This document shows positions 11,574 through 27,600 of a DNA stretch of 64,000 nt, in pieces (the stretch's first letter is position 1; the number at the start of each line of letters is the position of its first letter). The notes below the pieces were generated by a model. It had not been told where the DNA came from. It did not search any database and worked only from the letters and a program-made list of their open reading frames with translations. Source of the DNA: Trichoplax adhaerens (Eukaryota > Animalia > Placozoa); assembly GCF_000150275.1 (NCBI RefSeq), contig NW_002060945.1, positions 8,572,011 to 8,636,010 of the forward strand, read 5' to 3'. Position numbers and translations under genes: made by a program.

Positions 11574-14500
11574 TGCTGTAATCTAATGCCGGTAATGGAT
11601 TTACCAAATCTTTCGATAACCTATTTTTAACTGATTATATATATTTATTAAATATAATCATGTAGCTATAAGGGAATATAATTATACCGACCAAATATGT
11701 TTAAAAAAGATCGATTATTAATTCTATATTCTTATTTTCAAACTTTTAGCGATAAAACGTCACCACAACACCTTCTAATGTTTACGGTATTCCAATTTGA
11801 TACGAGAATGTCAAAAGCTATGCAATAAATAAATATGCATGCCGACAACGATCTTTTTTTCGACCAAAATATACGAATTTTTCAACGTCGATAAGCAGCC
11901 ATAGATGCTATAGCATCAATTAGCTAATAAACAACTTCGATTTTTTTTTTAATCTTAGCTAATAGTCTTTTAAAATTCGTTATGATAGGTTAAATACCTG
12001 TATAAAATTTCATTCCTATGATGAAAAATTGAAATTGAAATAAAGATTCATACAATATTATGATCAATACCTAATACTGCATGTAATAGCTTTCAACATT
12101 CAAGACAAGACCGCCAATTCAAATATTAAATCATGCTAAAAATTCCTTCTACGCGTTTAATAAGTTCTCCCATTGATTGTTCTAAAATATTTTATATAGG
12201 CTTAAATGGTCTTTTCCTTAGTGAGATCATCGAGTTAACCTCTTTTAAACTAGATAATTGAGGGTAATTTCTTGGTGTGATAATGATCCAACGAAAAAAA
12301 TTTCTTCTTTATGCTTGGCTAATTTTAATGTATTTTAAATATCTCAACATCTATCTATCACCATTTACAACGCATTTAATGACAAAATATTGAACAGGCA
12401 AATTGCTCTGATAGCCACTGTTATATTATCAATCAGGATTATGAATGAAAGCTATATTTCTCTAATTCTTTGGTATCTGATTTCTATCTGCTTTTAGCTG
12501 ATGCCAATAACCGCCGATTAATTATGATAAATTAGAAGAAACAATTTTGTATAATGATAGCTAGGTTAAAGTTAAATGCAAAAGGCTAACTAGCAATAGT
12601 AGATTTCTTTGCCATATATAGTTACTATGGCATTAAATGATGGGTTGGATATCGTAGTGGCCGTTAATCAGCTTAAGATCTGTTTCTTTGTATGTCTAGT
12701 ATGTGTTTATATTTTAAGTTCTATTTTATAGGTACTGTTATATGTGATGACAAAATTGAACAGATGGCAAGTTAATAGTAATGGTCAAAAATTGATCGAT
12801 AAATCAATCTCTTCTTTTGTGAATATTGTATTATATTCTTGACACCGGATCTAAGCTTAATCAAATAACCATCTTACATAATTAATTTGACGTCTGAACT
12901 TTTATACGAATATAATATTCTACTACTGGCATTTTTACAAGATAAATAAAGTATCCCTCGCTAATTATATTATTGACAGTGAATTCTTCCAATTTATTAG
13001 CTTTTTCATTCGGTAGCAGAAAGAGCTAATTCTATATTTTTACTATTATTATCTGTTTAGATTTTGGAGGACAATTTTTAATATAAAATGCATTGATCTA
13101 ACTCTTAATTCTTTTATTATCATGATAATACAAGATGATATCGACTTTACTGTCTTTGGCGTCAAAGAGATCACCACTGTTATTATTAGTGGTCAATAAG
13201 GAAATTAGAAAGAAAGTTACGGTCATATGTAAATGATGCAATTCTAAACCAAATAGCAGCTTTAGTTTCAATTTAATTTCATGTCATCATTCACTAAGCT
13301 AGTACTTTCTTATTATGACCAGGATAGAATTTCCTGTTAAGACAATTAAGGACTTATATTTCCCCTGTAAAAATACGTAAAGTACTTTTATTACTCATTA
13401 TTATTAAAGTCGAGCATAAGTCCTTTATCATCAATAATAGAGTTTACTGGAAATTGAAATTATTGACTTCGGAGGTCTAAAAATATAGTTCATTATACGC
13501 ACAGGGGTCATTGTAAGTAGTATGGAGATAAATCGTCGTAATTTTATAACAGAATCACATTAATATAGTCATTTATTTCATGAATGAACTAGTTAAGATC
13601 TAAGATATTGCGATAGATGAAGTAAACCTCAGCACTTTAGATTGCAATTGATTAATGAGATTTGAAAATTTTATCATGAATAACTTTAGTAGCCGTTACT
13701 TAGAAATACTTTATGTTTAAAATCTCTATTTGGTATATACTATTAATATCACGTCCGTGTTTTAAAAATATATTGATATGTAAACACGTAAAATTATAAT
13801 CCTACTTACAGTATATGACGTAAACTAATGTTTAGAGTAATATAGTTATTAACTGTATTAGATCATAACAAATCTCAGGATTCATAATTTTGGCTTAAAA
13901 ACTGAATTATTTGTCGGTTATTATAGTTCTATTATACTCTTCCGGCGATATAGAAGAGATTAGCAGCCTTTCTTGCTAGCGATAGTGTAAAAACTTAGGA
14001 ATCATTTACACAGCGTTAGAATTTCTGGTTGAATCCAATCACTGTGAATCTGTATTTGCAGCAGGAAATGGAAAGAAACGAGTATTAATATGATGCCTAA
14101 TTAAGTAGTCCAATACTGGAAATGTTGTGACATTGGATCAGTGAGTTAAAGTAAATAATCTTTCATGAACAACAAGCTGTTATTCTAGATCATACTGCAA
14201 TTAAGAAGATAAAGCAGACGTTTTAATCGATATATAACAGAAATGTATTGAATAAGAGCTACTTACTTAATAGATGTTATATATCTACCATGGTATTATA
14301 TTAAATTTACATCTTACAAAATAATACTTAGATTCAAATAAACTTGATCAAGAGCATAATTAGCATATTGCTAGTACTATAAATTAAAATAAATTAGACG
14401 CAATATATTTTTGACAACCATAAAATGGTCAAATGATCATTGAATTTGAATTTAAAATGGAAAATTAATTTTGCAGAAAAATCTACCGGTATTTAATAAA

Positions 14501-17500
14501 TCAATGATATAATTAGCTGTTCAAATTTAAAAATTAGAGCTGAAGAATATCCGTTGCTATTCAAAAGGGGAGAATCTTCGTCAGAGATTGATTACCGTAA
14601 CATTAGTAAAAAAAATCAAATTAGTATTGCTTATATGATCTCCACAATCTGAAATCAGCGGTAAACTGCGACTGAATTGCTATAGTATATCCTAAAAAAC
14701 GAGGTGCCGTTATAGACATCATACATCGATTCTTATTAACAATTTGAATGATTATAAATATATTTAGCATGAACTAGAAGTATATGCATTTGGTCTATAA
14801 CCATCTACATGATATCTGCTAAAGTTAAGAACAACGAGGACTGAATCTAAGTCGATGAAAAATCAGAAATAGTAAGAATTTGCTTGCATAAGTCATTATT
14901 AATCTCTTTAATACTCCCTATGGACACAATCAGTCATTAGCAATGCACAACTAGAGATGATCGATCACCCAATAGTAAATGAAATTCGTTAAGTCTGGGT
15001 ATCATTTTCTGACATTATAGGGTAACTTAGCTTGACTTCAAATTACGGACTTTCTTCTAGCTGTATAAAAATCGTTAAAGATTGAAGAAGAAAGTTTTTT
15101 GAATTATTTTTATAGATTAAATTATTAGCAATATTATCCCCTACTATGAATAAAAGTTTGTAACGAAGAAAATTAAGATTACGTGTCTACCGTTAGGTTT
15201 GTTCTCCCAGATATCTACATACTATACGACTCCAAATGCTGACAATCTTCCCTATCATTAGCAAGCTACAGCAAACAATATATCTCTCTCGGACAAAAGC
15301 GACCGTAGACTTCATCAGATAATCAGTTAATTTAGAGTTTAGTTACATTGATATTTGTTATGAGACTTTACAGTTATCTATAAGACTATATATAATGTCA
15401 TAGAAAACGATATTATCCCATAAATATCAAAGTATACTGTATGGCGAAATAAGATTAGCATTAGTTAGTGAAAATCATTTTGTGGAATCTTTTAAAACAT
15501 TTAATAGGCAAAGGTGCTATAGGACAGCTGCTTACTGAGTCCCACTTCATTTACATAAAAAAGCTTCTTAGTTGGATTGTTATTAAAAGAAACGAAAAGA
15601 TGTGTTTAATTCCCTGCTTGAGTTAAAATGTATCCAATTACTTTCTGGTGCTAGAATCAGTGCCCAGGGCTAGGCAGAGGCGACAGCAAAGTAATTTAAA
15701 AAAATTTAGTGCAATGTGAATTATGAATACTGACATTAAATCAAGAAAGTCAATCCGTTGTCTCTTTAAACACTGCTGATAGGGACTCCTCATTATTTTC
15801 GAGTTTCTTCAGAATTGTTCATGCAAACCCTGGCAGCTCTCCTCTTTGCGACATATTAATACAAAATCTCCTTACTTCCAAGAGATCATACACAAACAAT
15901 AAATATTTGATTACTCCGACCGCTATTTTATCCCAAAAACTTAGTAAACTAGTTATAGACAATAAGCCTTAATCATAGGTTTAGAATACATATCGTTAAT
16001 GATATTCTATATTGAAAATAAATATCTTTACTTTTATTAAACTGGGTACGGTACATAATTAGTACACATAAGATATCAGCTGACAAATTGATATATAAAT
16101 ATAAGTTTGCGACAGGAGTGTAATTTTTATAGGTATTGTTGATGCGTTGCTCATTACGGTATCGAAATTGCCTTTCCTCTTCAACCTTACTTGGCTTCCA
16201 TAAAATGTTATTAGATCATAATTTTGGCCTCTCTTCCCCAACTTGGTCTATATAATCGGTGTAACATTCACTATGTAAAATAATAAAGAAAACAAAGCTA
16301 GATTTATGAATAATCACTAAGCAATACCTATACATAAAAGTATTAACCAATAAAAATGAGTGATTTCTAGAAATTACAGCAGTTGAATTTTATTTCTTAT
16401 GGATAATCCGATACTCATTATTGGAGAATAACGAGAGCATAGTAAAAATTTTCCAAAACTTAAAATAGGTATGATTGAAAAATCGTCAAATTATTGTCAA
16501 TCAATAATTAACGGTATTGTTTTTATAGTAACCATACATCAGCCATTAAATTATGAATAGTAGCTCTCTAGAGGATTACTATTTTTTCGCAGTCAAAGTC
16601 AGTTAAAGATATAAGAATCCAGTTAAAATTTATTTTTCCAATGTGATCTAAACGTCTAATTTTAATTTCTAATCTATTTGGAGGCTAAAATTCCATTTTA
16701 AATCAACTTCGTAACGTAAAATCAGTTTATGGATATCTCATCATTTCCTGTATCTTACTATCTAATGTTATCTTCAATAGCAATCATTATTCGCTTGAAA
16801 AGAAAGCACTTTTAGCTATTAGTCTTTATCATACTAATTAATTTATCAATCCCAAGAAAGTTTATTCATGTATGAATCTTGCTAACCCAATGTGAATGGT
16901 CTCACTTCACAATAAATTGAATTATTAAATGATACGGCTATCCTAATAGCAATAATAGGTTCCTATTGACTAATTCTACATGAGATTAGTTAAGTTCAAG
17001 CAGTTTTTTTGCAGTTTACTTATGCTGCATTAATTTTAATATATAATCTTCTAAAATAGCAACTTCTTTCATTAAGTAATGAAATGACGGATTAAATTCA
17101 CAATTTGATGCCGTACTGCACAGATTGAACTTAGAATACTAAATAATATACAAAATATTTCGTGTGTGTACATGTTAGGTACGTATGGATGCCGCATAAT
17201 GCCACATATTACAGGAAAATTGATAAGAATTTGCAACTGCGAGATGCTTTATCCCAAAAAATTCTTTAATATAACGATTTAGATAGTGAGCGGCCGCTAA
17301 TGGTAAATGCTGTATTCCATCGTTCTAGGTGGCAATGTCTAAATCATTGATTGACGTCATATTGACATAAGGTCTGACTAATACTAAAATAATATAACGG
17401 ATTTATTTACTTTTCTGAAATCCACCATTGTAAACTAGATATTGCTCTCAGAGTCTCATCTATCTTGATTTTGAGGTAAGTTGTCTTACCGTTACCATAT

Positions 17501-19057
17501 TTAGCAACGATTGCTGTTGATTGTAGTCAGTAACAATATGACATTGATTAATCCTCAGTTCACAGGAGTTGACAATACAAAAATCTTACTTATTAAATTA
17601 AAAATTATGCGTGAAAACAAGTCAAGAATGACCACTAGTAATGAAGCCATGAATGGAATAAGGTTGTCGTTAATGCTCTTATATTTCCTTATAAAGAACA
17701 ATAAATTGTTCAAAATTGTTTACAAGTCAAGATGATTCCTATAAAGGACACATTGTCAGAAGCAAAAAGATCTGTTTTATAATTGTTGATAGTGTACGTT
17801 ACAGTATTAAGGTCGAAATAGCGTTTAAAAGTTTATTGCGTTATCCATAAGAGTGGTTATAAGATCCTGGAAAAAATAATGTATTACTTAGACACCTTTC
17901 TTTAGTAGATATTCAAGAAAGCTTTACTGTACATTTTCTTGCCATAAGTTGATCATTAAATCATTTTAACTGAATGTAATTTGTCGATGCCAAACATCGC
18001 CATAATGCCAAAAATCTAGCTGATGCTGTATTGCTATTTCAAATTAAAATCATAGAATTTTTAACCTCCATCGGAGAAAAATGCTACAATAGATTTAAGC
18101 TTAAATATTGCATATTTTGCTACTCCAAACTAGCATAGTGTATCGTCCAAAAATTCTCCTTAATCAATTTAACTTTAGACTACAACACATAGCTCTGATA
18201 GCTCATTGGTACAATACTAATAAATAGTAAAATATACTCGTAAATGATTCTCATTAATATAGCTAAATTTAAAGAGATGAGGACTAAAATAAATTAAAGT
18301 GCAATACGTTGCTGCGTAATAAAATTTATTGTAAATGTCTGTAAGTTTTTGCGAACGTTAAATGAGTAGCTTTCTTCCTTGGAAATGAGCCAAAATTTTT
18401 ATTAATGTGTACGAATATACATTTCGCGCGATATCAACTAAATTTATAGAGTGACATAAGTATACAATTTATTACGTTTGCAATTTTAATTTGATTTTAC
18501 TATTACAGAAATTCCATGAAGAATTTACTTAAGTTTAATCCTCATTATAGAGAATTACCCTCATAAATACAGCAATCATTAAGACGAGTCGGCGTCTAAT
18601 TACAATATTAGCATTAGGTAATAATGCAAATCTTAACAATTGATCTTGATTACTTGGAATACGTGCTACCATAGCAGGTTTTGTTATATAAGAACATATG
18701 AATAATTTATTTTCTTAATATAGACAATATACCTATTTAATGTGTTAGTATACGTTATAAATAATACAGCATGATGATAAACTAATGCACGAAAATTCTC
18801 GCAATATTAATTTCTAAGTTATAATGAGGTTATATGCGTACATTATACAATGCAGTACGAATAAAGAAATATTGCAGCTTATAGGCTCCAATATACAATG
18901 AAGCAATAACCATAATATTTTTAATAGGATAGATTACTCCTACTGTAATCGATACAAAACATATGTGGCAGAAACGTAACTTTACTCCTTATTAATAGAT
19001 CCATTTTAAATGAAAAATACATCGGGTTGATTCGTCTGACATTATTGGCTAGAAATA

Positions 19058-22000
19058 TTACATAAGTCCAGAACTGCTGCGGTGATTAAGTGAAACTTCC
19101 TTTTTTCCGACTAACCAGTATGTAGGAATGTTGCCCAAGCCCTAACAGATGAGTAAGAGAATTAGTATACTATTATTTTATCTCTACTTTCTCATCATAA
19201 GTAATAAATGACATAGTTATACGGTTAAGATTGCCTTTGTATTCACTATTCACGATCGCCCATAAATTAATAATAATAACTACTGACAAGCAATTTATGA
19301 CTAGTGGCATAAACGCTATTCAATTGTATTTCATTAGATATCAATAAAGGGAATGAAAACCTGCAGCTATCGTCTAAGATCACTAAGTACAATCTATATA
19401 CTATTCTGATACTATATTGCAAGCTAAAACACAATAATCCACAATATTCAAGTTTGAAATTTGATGTAAAATATAATTATAAATTGATAGAAAATCTTCC
19501 AATGATGGACACATTTTTTGTTAGCTACATTAATTTGTAATGAATTTAATTATACTATTTTAAATCATACTTAGAACATTAAGATTTTAATCAAGACCGA
19601 ATAATGCAGTAAAATCATGCTATTTGCAAAAATTTAAAACTACATTAAGTTCTTAATTTTGTAAGTATGTGGTTTAATTCATTTACAACAAAGAAAAGTT
19701 TCTTTACCAATAGGCATTTAACTTCATCAAAAACCATTTCGTAACCTCCAATTTCCTCCAACGCTTCATAGGTTGTGTGACTAAGATGAATTTGTGATGC
19801 TATGACATAAGATCAGATGATATTGGTCAAAAAATCAACAGACTTCCTGATGCATACTTATATAGTACCATACTATTTCTGTTATATTGTTTATTTATGT
19901 CAACTACTATTTAATCGCAGGCAAATGATAATTAATTCAATATAATTGCATAATTTTTAACAAACGAAAAAGGCAATAGATTAACTGTTTACGTGAAATT
20001 GCTTTTAAATTTTAGAAAGTGCATACAACGAAATCATGATATCGGTGGCTAAATAGCAATTTAAATACTACAATTCTGATAAATCCTAAACAGATAGTCT
20101 GTTTCTTGGAAAATACTATAATAAAATTGAGTCATCTCTACAAAATAATAATTATCTAAATATCTGACAATATTGTCGCAACGCTTAATATCATTCTTAT
20201 ATATCGTTCAAATAATTTTACATCATAATCCATGTAATGGTAAATTTAAGAGAATTGGCAATATGAATAATGTTTATGAAATTCGAATAATCTACAATAA
20301 GTTATAAATAAGTAATCTTTGTTTTCTTTTTATAGCTCTTTACAATTACGGTGGTAAATAATACGCTGTGATTCAAGTTCGATAATCATTATCCTCGTTG
20401 TGACAACTTTCAATTAAAGCTGATTTCAAAAAACTTAAGTGATTTCTATTAATAGGCTTGATCGATAGTTTATAAACTTGATAAAATGTATAATGAATTT
20501 ATCTTAGATTTCGTTCTCTGATTTAACTAGGTAATTCAACAGAATAATTCAATTTGACTATCGTAGACGATATATCGCACTAAAGCCTTTTGTGAAATTG
20601 AATGCAGATGATTTGGTTAATCGAACATCGATATTTACTATTACCCAATCGATGTACGGCTAGATAATATTAACAATGCAAGTCGTCAATTTTCAATAAT
20701 TAAGGAACGTTGCATAATTTTTGCTTAATTGAAATCTTAATTACTAAATAATTAAGAACGATTATCCACTATCATTCGCGAGATCAAGCATTTGTTATAG
20801 GAAGTGACCAAAGAAATTTAAATTTATAGCCACTTTGATATCAAAAGTATCTGTATAATTGGAACCAAAAAAGAATTAGCTTTAATATCCAAAACTATCA
20901 AAAAGCAGCGGAAGCTTTAACTATTATCAGCAGCTGAATTCGCAATACGCTCATAGTAACACTACTTTCCATTTAGGTTTTGATTGGGCTATTTTTATGT
21001 ATGCGTATAGCTCTTTCCTACACGTACGAGCATGTAGTATGTAGACAGTTATAAAATATTAAACTGGCAGGTATTTTATTAATTGATTATGTATTTCTAT
21101 CATATAATAATCATTTCCTTCCTTTTACTAAAAAAAACAGAAACGAGGTATACTAGAGCTAATTCTATTTGCCAGGGAGGATGATAATAATTTTGATGAA
21201 GGTTACGTATAATAAGGAAAAAGAAGGAACAACCTTATTTCCAGTAACATTTTTCCGTGATGATTTAATGTAGAATAATTCGATCTCCCTACATGCATCT
21301 TTTCATTGCAGGAATAGTTTGGAATGAAAAGCATTTAGTACCTTACTCCTTTTAATCATCAATGATCATTTTATAATTTTACCTATTCCAGTATAGGAAG
21401 ATTCAATTTCACGCAGCATCATACGCTTAAAATTTTAGTCAACTCATTCGTGAATATTTCTAGCATGCGACACGAGTATTCAATATGAATACCCATCCTG
21501 ATTCTTCTCTTTTACTAGGCCAATACAGTTCATGGGGGTAAAATTACCGGTACCCAACTACTGTATACATCATCCTAAAAATATTAGATACTCATTGCTA
21601 TATAAAATATGCCCATGTAGGTTGACCTTTATGTTAAATCAACAAACGCGTTCTTCTGAATTTATAAGGTTATTCATCATCGTCAATTAATCAAATGAAT
21701 TGAATAAATTTAAAAAGAGATTCTTTGTAGATACACTTTACTGATTTGTAGCCCACACAAGTCTAGCATTCGATCACGATAATAACTTCAACTACAGATC
21801 TGATTTCGATCTATGATTAATTTAAGGACAAATGGTGCTCATGTCCTATATGAACATGATGGGAATCAATTTACTATTGAACGGGTGATTCGTATGCGCG
21901 TTAATTTATTTTTACGGAAATCTAAACTTGATGGCTAAAGCGATTATCAGCCGTACTATAAATCAAATAGCGTATAAACTTATTCAGGTATAATGATATA

Positions 22001-24604
22001 ATTATTACAATTGCTTAGAATAAAGAAATCTAAACTTGGTAGCTGCAAAGCAGCTAGATTCGATCGCTTCTGCAATATAAATAAAACCAAATGATGAAAG
22101 CTGCCGTACCGAAAACTAGTGCTGTATGGACGAATTATTTCATTCTTTTGAATTCAAATACACGAATAGCTAGTGGAAATTTTAATTTCCAGCCATGAAA
22201 TCTTATTTAAATTAGCAGATTACAGCTGCAGCTATTGGATATCTCAATAAACGGTCGTGATTTATGGAATACAGATTTATGACAGCGCTATGGCCATAAT
22301 CTATCCAGTTATCATACAAAATGGAATTAAGGATAGAGATCGAGTGACTACAATAACTTATTAAGTCTGTTTAAATTTAGATGGAATACTTTCCGATCTT
22401 ATTAATTATAAATGCCCTTACCTTTTCCTGTTGATTCGATTTTAGATGCCAAATTGACGGTATCACCAAAGAGACAATACCGCGGCATTTTCAATCCAAC
22501 CACTCCTGCGGCACAAGGACCTTTAAATATACCGCAAGACGTAGACTATTAAAAGAAGTTTACTCACAACAGAACATGTATGAAATAAGCTTTAGGCTAC
22601 AACTTTAGAAGTTGCCCGGGTAATAAGAACGAGAGCAACGAATGTAATCGAGTATTTACCATTTATGGCTATAACTAGAGCGATAAGTGCTTCTATAACA
22701 GTTAGAACCAAAGGAAATGCTAAAACATATACTGAATACTTATTCTATTTGACTTGTCAAAGCATAACAGCTATTTAAACTCAATTAAAATTGCTCTTTT
22801 AAATTTAACACCAATCCCGCAACTATGATATCTCAAGCGATATGGTACTGTAATTGATTGAATCATTTTCTTTCAGCATGTAAAAATATGAAAACTAGCC
22901 ATGTCTACATCGTCCCATATCTGCCAAATAAACATAAATTGACTTACCCGTGTGAATACCGATTCTCATTGACAATTGTGTATCTAGCATATTAGGTATT
23001 CGAAGTGTTTTCATTCCTTCGACAATATCTAGTGCCATACAAGCAATTTCTTTTGCATGCTGGCGTTGTTGAAGCGTTTTTGGTGCACCAGATACCGCAA
23101 TATAAGCATCACCAATAGTCTCTAACTTATAAACGCTGTATCGATCGATAATTCGATCAAATAACGTATATAATCCATTAAGCATGTAGACAACTTGAAT
23201 AGGTCGCCAACTATGGCAAATATTAGTAAAACCGCATATATCACTGCAATAAATAGTAACATCATCGAATGCTTCTGCACGAACAGTTTTACATTGTTTG
23301 AGTTGCTGAGCTACAGTCGGCGGTAACAACTGTTCTAACAGCCGATCTGTATTTTCTTTTTCCATTTCGATAATTTCAGTCTGATTTACAGTAGCTTTAA
23401 TCGTGGTATAACTGGAACATAGAATACGTCCAACAGCAATACCTAAAAATAAAGCCGTTACTAATACTACAACCATCGCTGCAATTGATAATGGCAACTG
23501 ATGATAACGGAGAATATGAGATAAGGAATTTGATGCTGTAATAGCTTTGCCAAGATTTTCCGCTACTGCATATAACTTTTTATTATATGAAGTTGTAACA
23601 TTAAGCCAGTGAAAACGATTTTGTATATTAGTCTGAGTAGACATGTTACGACCCATACGTTCTTCTAGATCTTCAATCTCCCCTTCGATTGAAGCATTTA
23701 CAAATTCCTGCTCATAGAAAAACGAATATAAACTGGAATGTTTACTAGCTTGCATAATATATAATTGCTTTTCAGACGCTTGTCTAATAAATGCGAAGTG
23801 ATGCTTTCTTTTCGGAAAGTAGCCATATTGGTAGTAAACGCCGCCAGTAATTTGCTCTGTTTCTAATGCTTCCATACTCTTTAATAAAAATACAAACGAT
23901 GCAATATCGTGCCAAAAATGAATAACGTCAACTTGCTGTATATATTGTATAGCAACTTCATGATTTTGAGTTATAATAGAAGTATAAAATCGAAAAATTT
24001 TAGTTAAATTTCGGTTACCAGAATCAATTAAAAGGCGGAACTGCCTTACCATTTGTTTAATTTTAAATTTATCTACCATTAACACAGATTGGTTATGTAA
24101 TTTATTTAAATATTGATCGGTAAAGTATTGATCAGTTATTTGGCGTGAAGGTAATACATTCGATTGATAAAATTCTTTTGAATAATTGCCATAAACATAG
24201 CGTGATGAGACGTCGCGTTCCTGTAATAATAATTGATTCATGTGTAAGCATTCCAAAGTAATTTGGATCCTATTACTTATAACTGCCTCCTTATTAATGG
24301 CATTTGATAGTTTCAGGTAGCTTATTAAGCTAAAAATCATCATAGTACAACAAAGCACAATTAAAATGCTGATAATTAAGCAAAAATCTACTCGACTTTG
24401 GTATCGCGATTTCTTTTCCCGATAAAAGTCATCAAGGTGCTGGTCGTCTTCCATGACGATTTTATTTTGGATACAATCAGTAAATTGTGAAGGATTAAGA
24501 ATATGGACTGTTGATGACGAGCCTCTATTGAAGATACGATCCAAAAAATGAATTCTCATCTTACGTAAGATTCTCCTGAAACTATTGATAATACGAATAA
24601 TCAT
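19058..24604 (-). CDS. NIT-domain-like two-TM receptor guanylate cyclase, paralog 2, about 643 aa (first ATG 24604; alternative ATG 24559); exons 24604-22948, 22520-22422, 19799-19708, 19141-19058
   Basis: Motifs [24 protein letters not shown]|[41 protein letters not shown] and [13 protein letters not shown]-like LLQERDVS follows TM1. It has the same 99- and 92-nt internal exons as paralog 1. The ORF-track start at 24658 is a TTG. Confidence 0.92.
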
Positions 24605-27600
24605 AGTTATTAAAAGAATATATGATGATATTACCCTAACTGGTTCAATAAGATACAATACAAATTGAGTATTATATCACGATATTTACAGCCAAGTAGC
24701 ATGTTATTAAAACACACAGCAGTCTAACAAGGATGCCACCTAGGGAGTTTATTATGACACAAATATGAGCGCATATTATACTATACGTATGGATAAAAGT
24801 TGAATATACTGTATAAACAGTTACACTAAATGGATACTGCTATTTTGCAATTGGTTTTAATTTTTGATGCTTACATTTTTACTTTAATGATATCTCAGAT
24901 ATTATAGATCTTTTATATCCGCATGAAAAAGAATTCAGAAGGTAATGAATTAATCAATAATGCAGAAATTATGTATAGTGTCCTTACGAATGCATAGCTT
25001 GTTTACGTCATCGAAAAACACTGTTATAAGGTGATGATACTTGGTAGTAGTGTATTCCATTTTTATTTACTGATCTTTCTCTTCAATTAATAATATATGT
25101 ATAATAGGACCCATCCTTTAAGCTTCCGATATCATCAGATCTAATTACTTAAACATTACTATATTGTGTCTTTCATTATTAATCAATAACTATAATCAAT
25201 ATCACCAAATGATGAGAACGTAAACTGTAGCAAGGTTAACATGATATAGCATGAAGTAAGATAGTTCTACTAGTTACGACACCACCCGTTAAAATAATTT
25301 GTCATCTTTTTAGCAGAAATTCGACATAAAATCAGTATCAAATAGAAGATACTTATGCTTACTACATGAAATATCTAGTTTATTTAATTGTATGGAATCC
25401 TAACAAAGAATAAATTAACTTCTACTTATACCATCCGCGATATTCTGTGGGGATGTTTCGTACTAATTTAAAGCTTGCTTGGGTCATTTTAAATTTCTAG
25501 GGATGAAAATATGACGACTGATAAATGGAAGGGTAAAGTAGAAAAGGTTAAAAATGAGCATGTAGAAAATTTCGTTCAATTAAGTTTTATGATATATTTA
25601 TATACGAAATAGTTATGATATCTTTACCGCCTATAGACTGAAACTGCCGTAATTCAGCTGTTGCTAGTATTATTAACAGGTATTAAATAGATAACAGAAT
25701 TTATCATCCATTAAGGTATCTCATCACTACGAATATAGTTATTCCCTGATATGAATAGTAAGATTAAATTTTAAGGATTGCGGAAAGACGCCCATTTTGT
25801 ATCCGTGATAGGTCTCGTTGATAGCAATAATCCATATCAAATCTAAGTAATCAACCGAGAATCCCTATACTTTCGCAGCTAATCTTACGATTACTAATAT
25901 TAATTTCCTTCTACTAAGGTTATATATCGAAAACTAGTGCATAGCGTTCCACCAAGTTACTATCTGAGGATCGACAGGAAAAATAGAGTACGATTGCCGT
26001 AAGCAATTGAAACCAGCTTATTACTGCAATTTAAACTGTTGAAAATAGTTACGCATTTAGACATGCAAATTATCAAGTTTTGCACTATTCATAAACTTCA
26101 TTTATCGATTATCATTTTATCAGCAAGTAGTGTACAATAATGATACCAAGAATATCGTCAATACTTACATTTGAAGATATCGCTAGAGCTATTTTTAACT
26201 TTGCAAGTTATCTTCCATAGCAACCAAATGAACCAAAGAGCGTAATTGTTGCAAGGGAGAGAGAAGTTCGATATATCGGCTATATCACAGTAACGACTAG
26301 GTGACAAGTACTAATACGATTTAGAAATTCTGCGATGTTTTTCTAGGTAGACAGTTCATTCTCGTTTGCTAAGATCAAAAAAATTATTTTTAGACAAACA
26401 GGATATCTATATAGAATAATATCATTTTTTTAGGTTAATGTAGTAACTACTACATTTCTACTTGACTACGATTTATCCTAAATGTTACAGAACGAATTTG
26501 TATTATGAAAATCAAGTTAACTTCCTTAGCTTATGAAACCCAATTGAAATGATGAAAACTAAAATCGAGTCAAAAATAGTTTCCATTCTTTAAATCAATT
26601 TAAGTACGAAAATTATTAGAAATCCATTCTATTAAACCGGTTAACATCTCTTTTTGATTATTATATGCATAAACTATTATTTTACATAATTGGCTTATTA
26701 GTCAAAAGATTAGTTATGCTATGTGAATAGTGATGATTAATATGATAGATTATAGAATTATTACGTTGTTTTAAGTGTGAATTTATCCTTATTTCTTCTT
26801 GCTGACAACTTTAGGTAATAATTGTGCTTATTAGTATCGTAGCGTTTACTAACTACTGTACTTCAGTTCTTGATCTGCTAAGAATTTAATTTACAGATAG
26901 AGAAGACCTTCTCTATCTATTTACTTTATTCTAAACACTATAACGAAAAGTCCTAATATATTCATTCAACCCTAACAGTGATGAACCGATATTGAGATCT
27001 GAATATCATTCTGTAGCTTACTTTACTTCATGATATCGTAAACACTTTTCCTGCTATCGTTTCTCGTTCAGTTCCGATTGTACATTTAACAGTTTACTTA
27101 ATCTTAAATATATTGGTTCAGTTACGGCATCAAGAATCCCCAATGCAAACATTCGAGTTTACGAAGGCTAACCTTATATCCTTATTCATAATGAACTTCA
27201 GCTATTACATCTGCAATAGAAGTATACTGTAACTTACTTTACTGTAGTTTTTATTGTTATATGAAATAAAGCAAAGGATAGTACCCTGAGATGAGAATTA
27301 AAAAATAATTCATTCTTTGTTCTATTGATATTGATCATATAGCTTAATTCATATAAGTTACGAAAGTTTCACTGGACCGTTAGATGCAAATACAGATGGT
27401 AATCGTCATTTAATTAAAATTAGATTTTCAATGCAGAGTTCTTTAAATTATATTCATTATTCATTGATTCGAGCTATCATTTCTACTTTAGATCCAATAA
27501 ACATAATTATTATTACTGTATTAAGAAAAAAATGGATATGAAATAGCGTTTTTATTAGTGTCTCACTTTCACTCGAACATTTTTAGTGAATTTTCTGAAC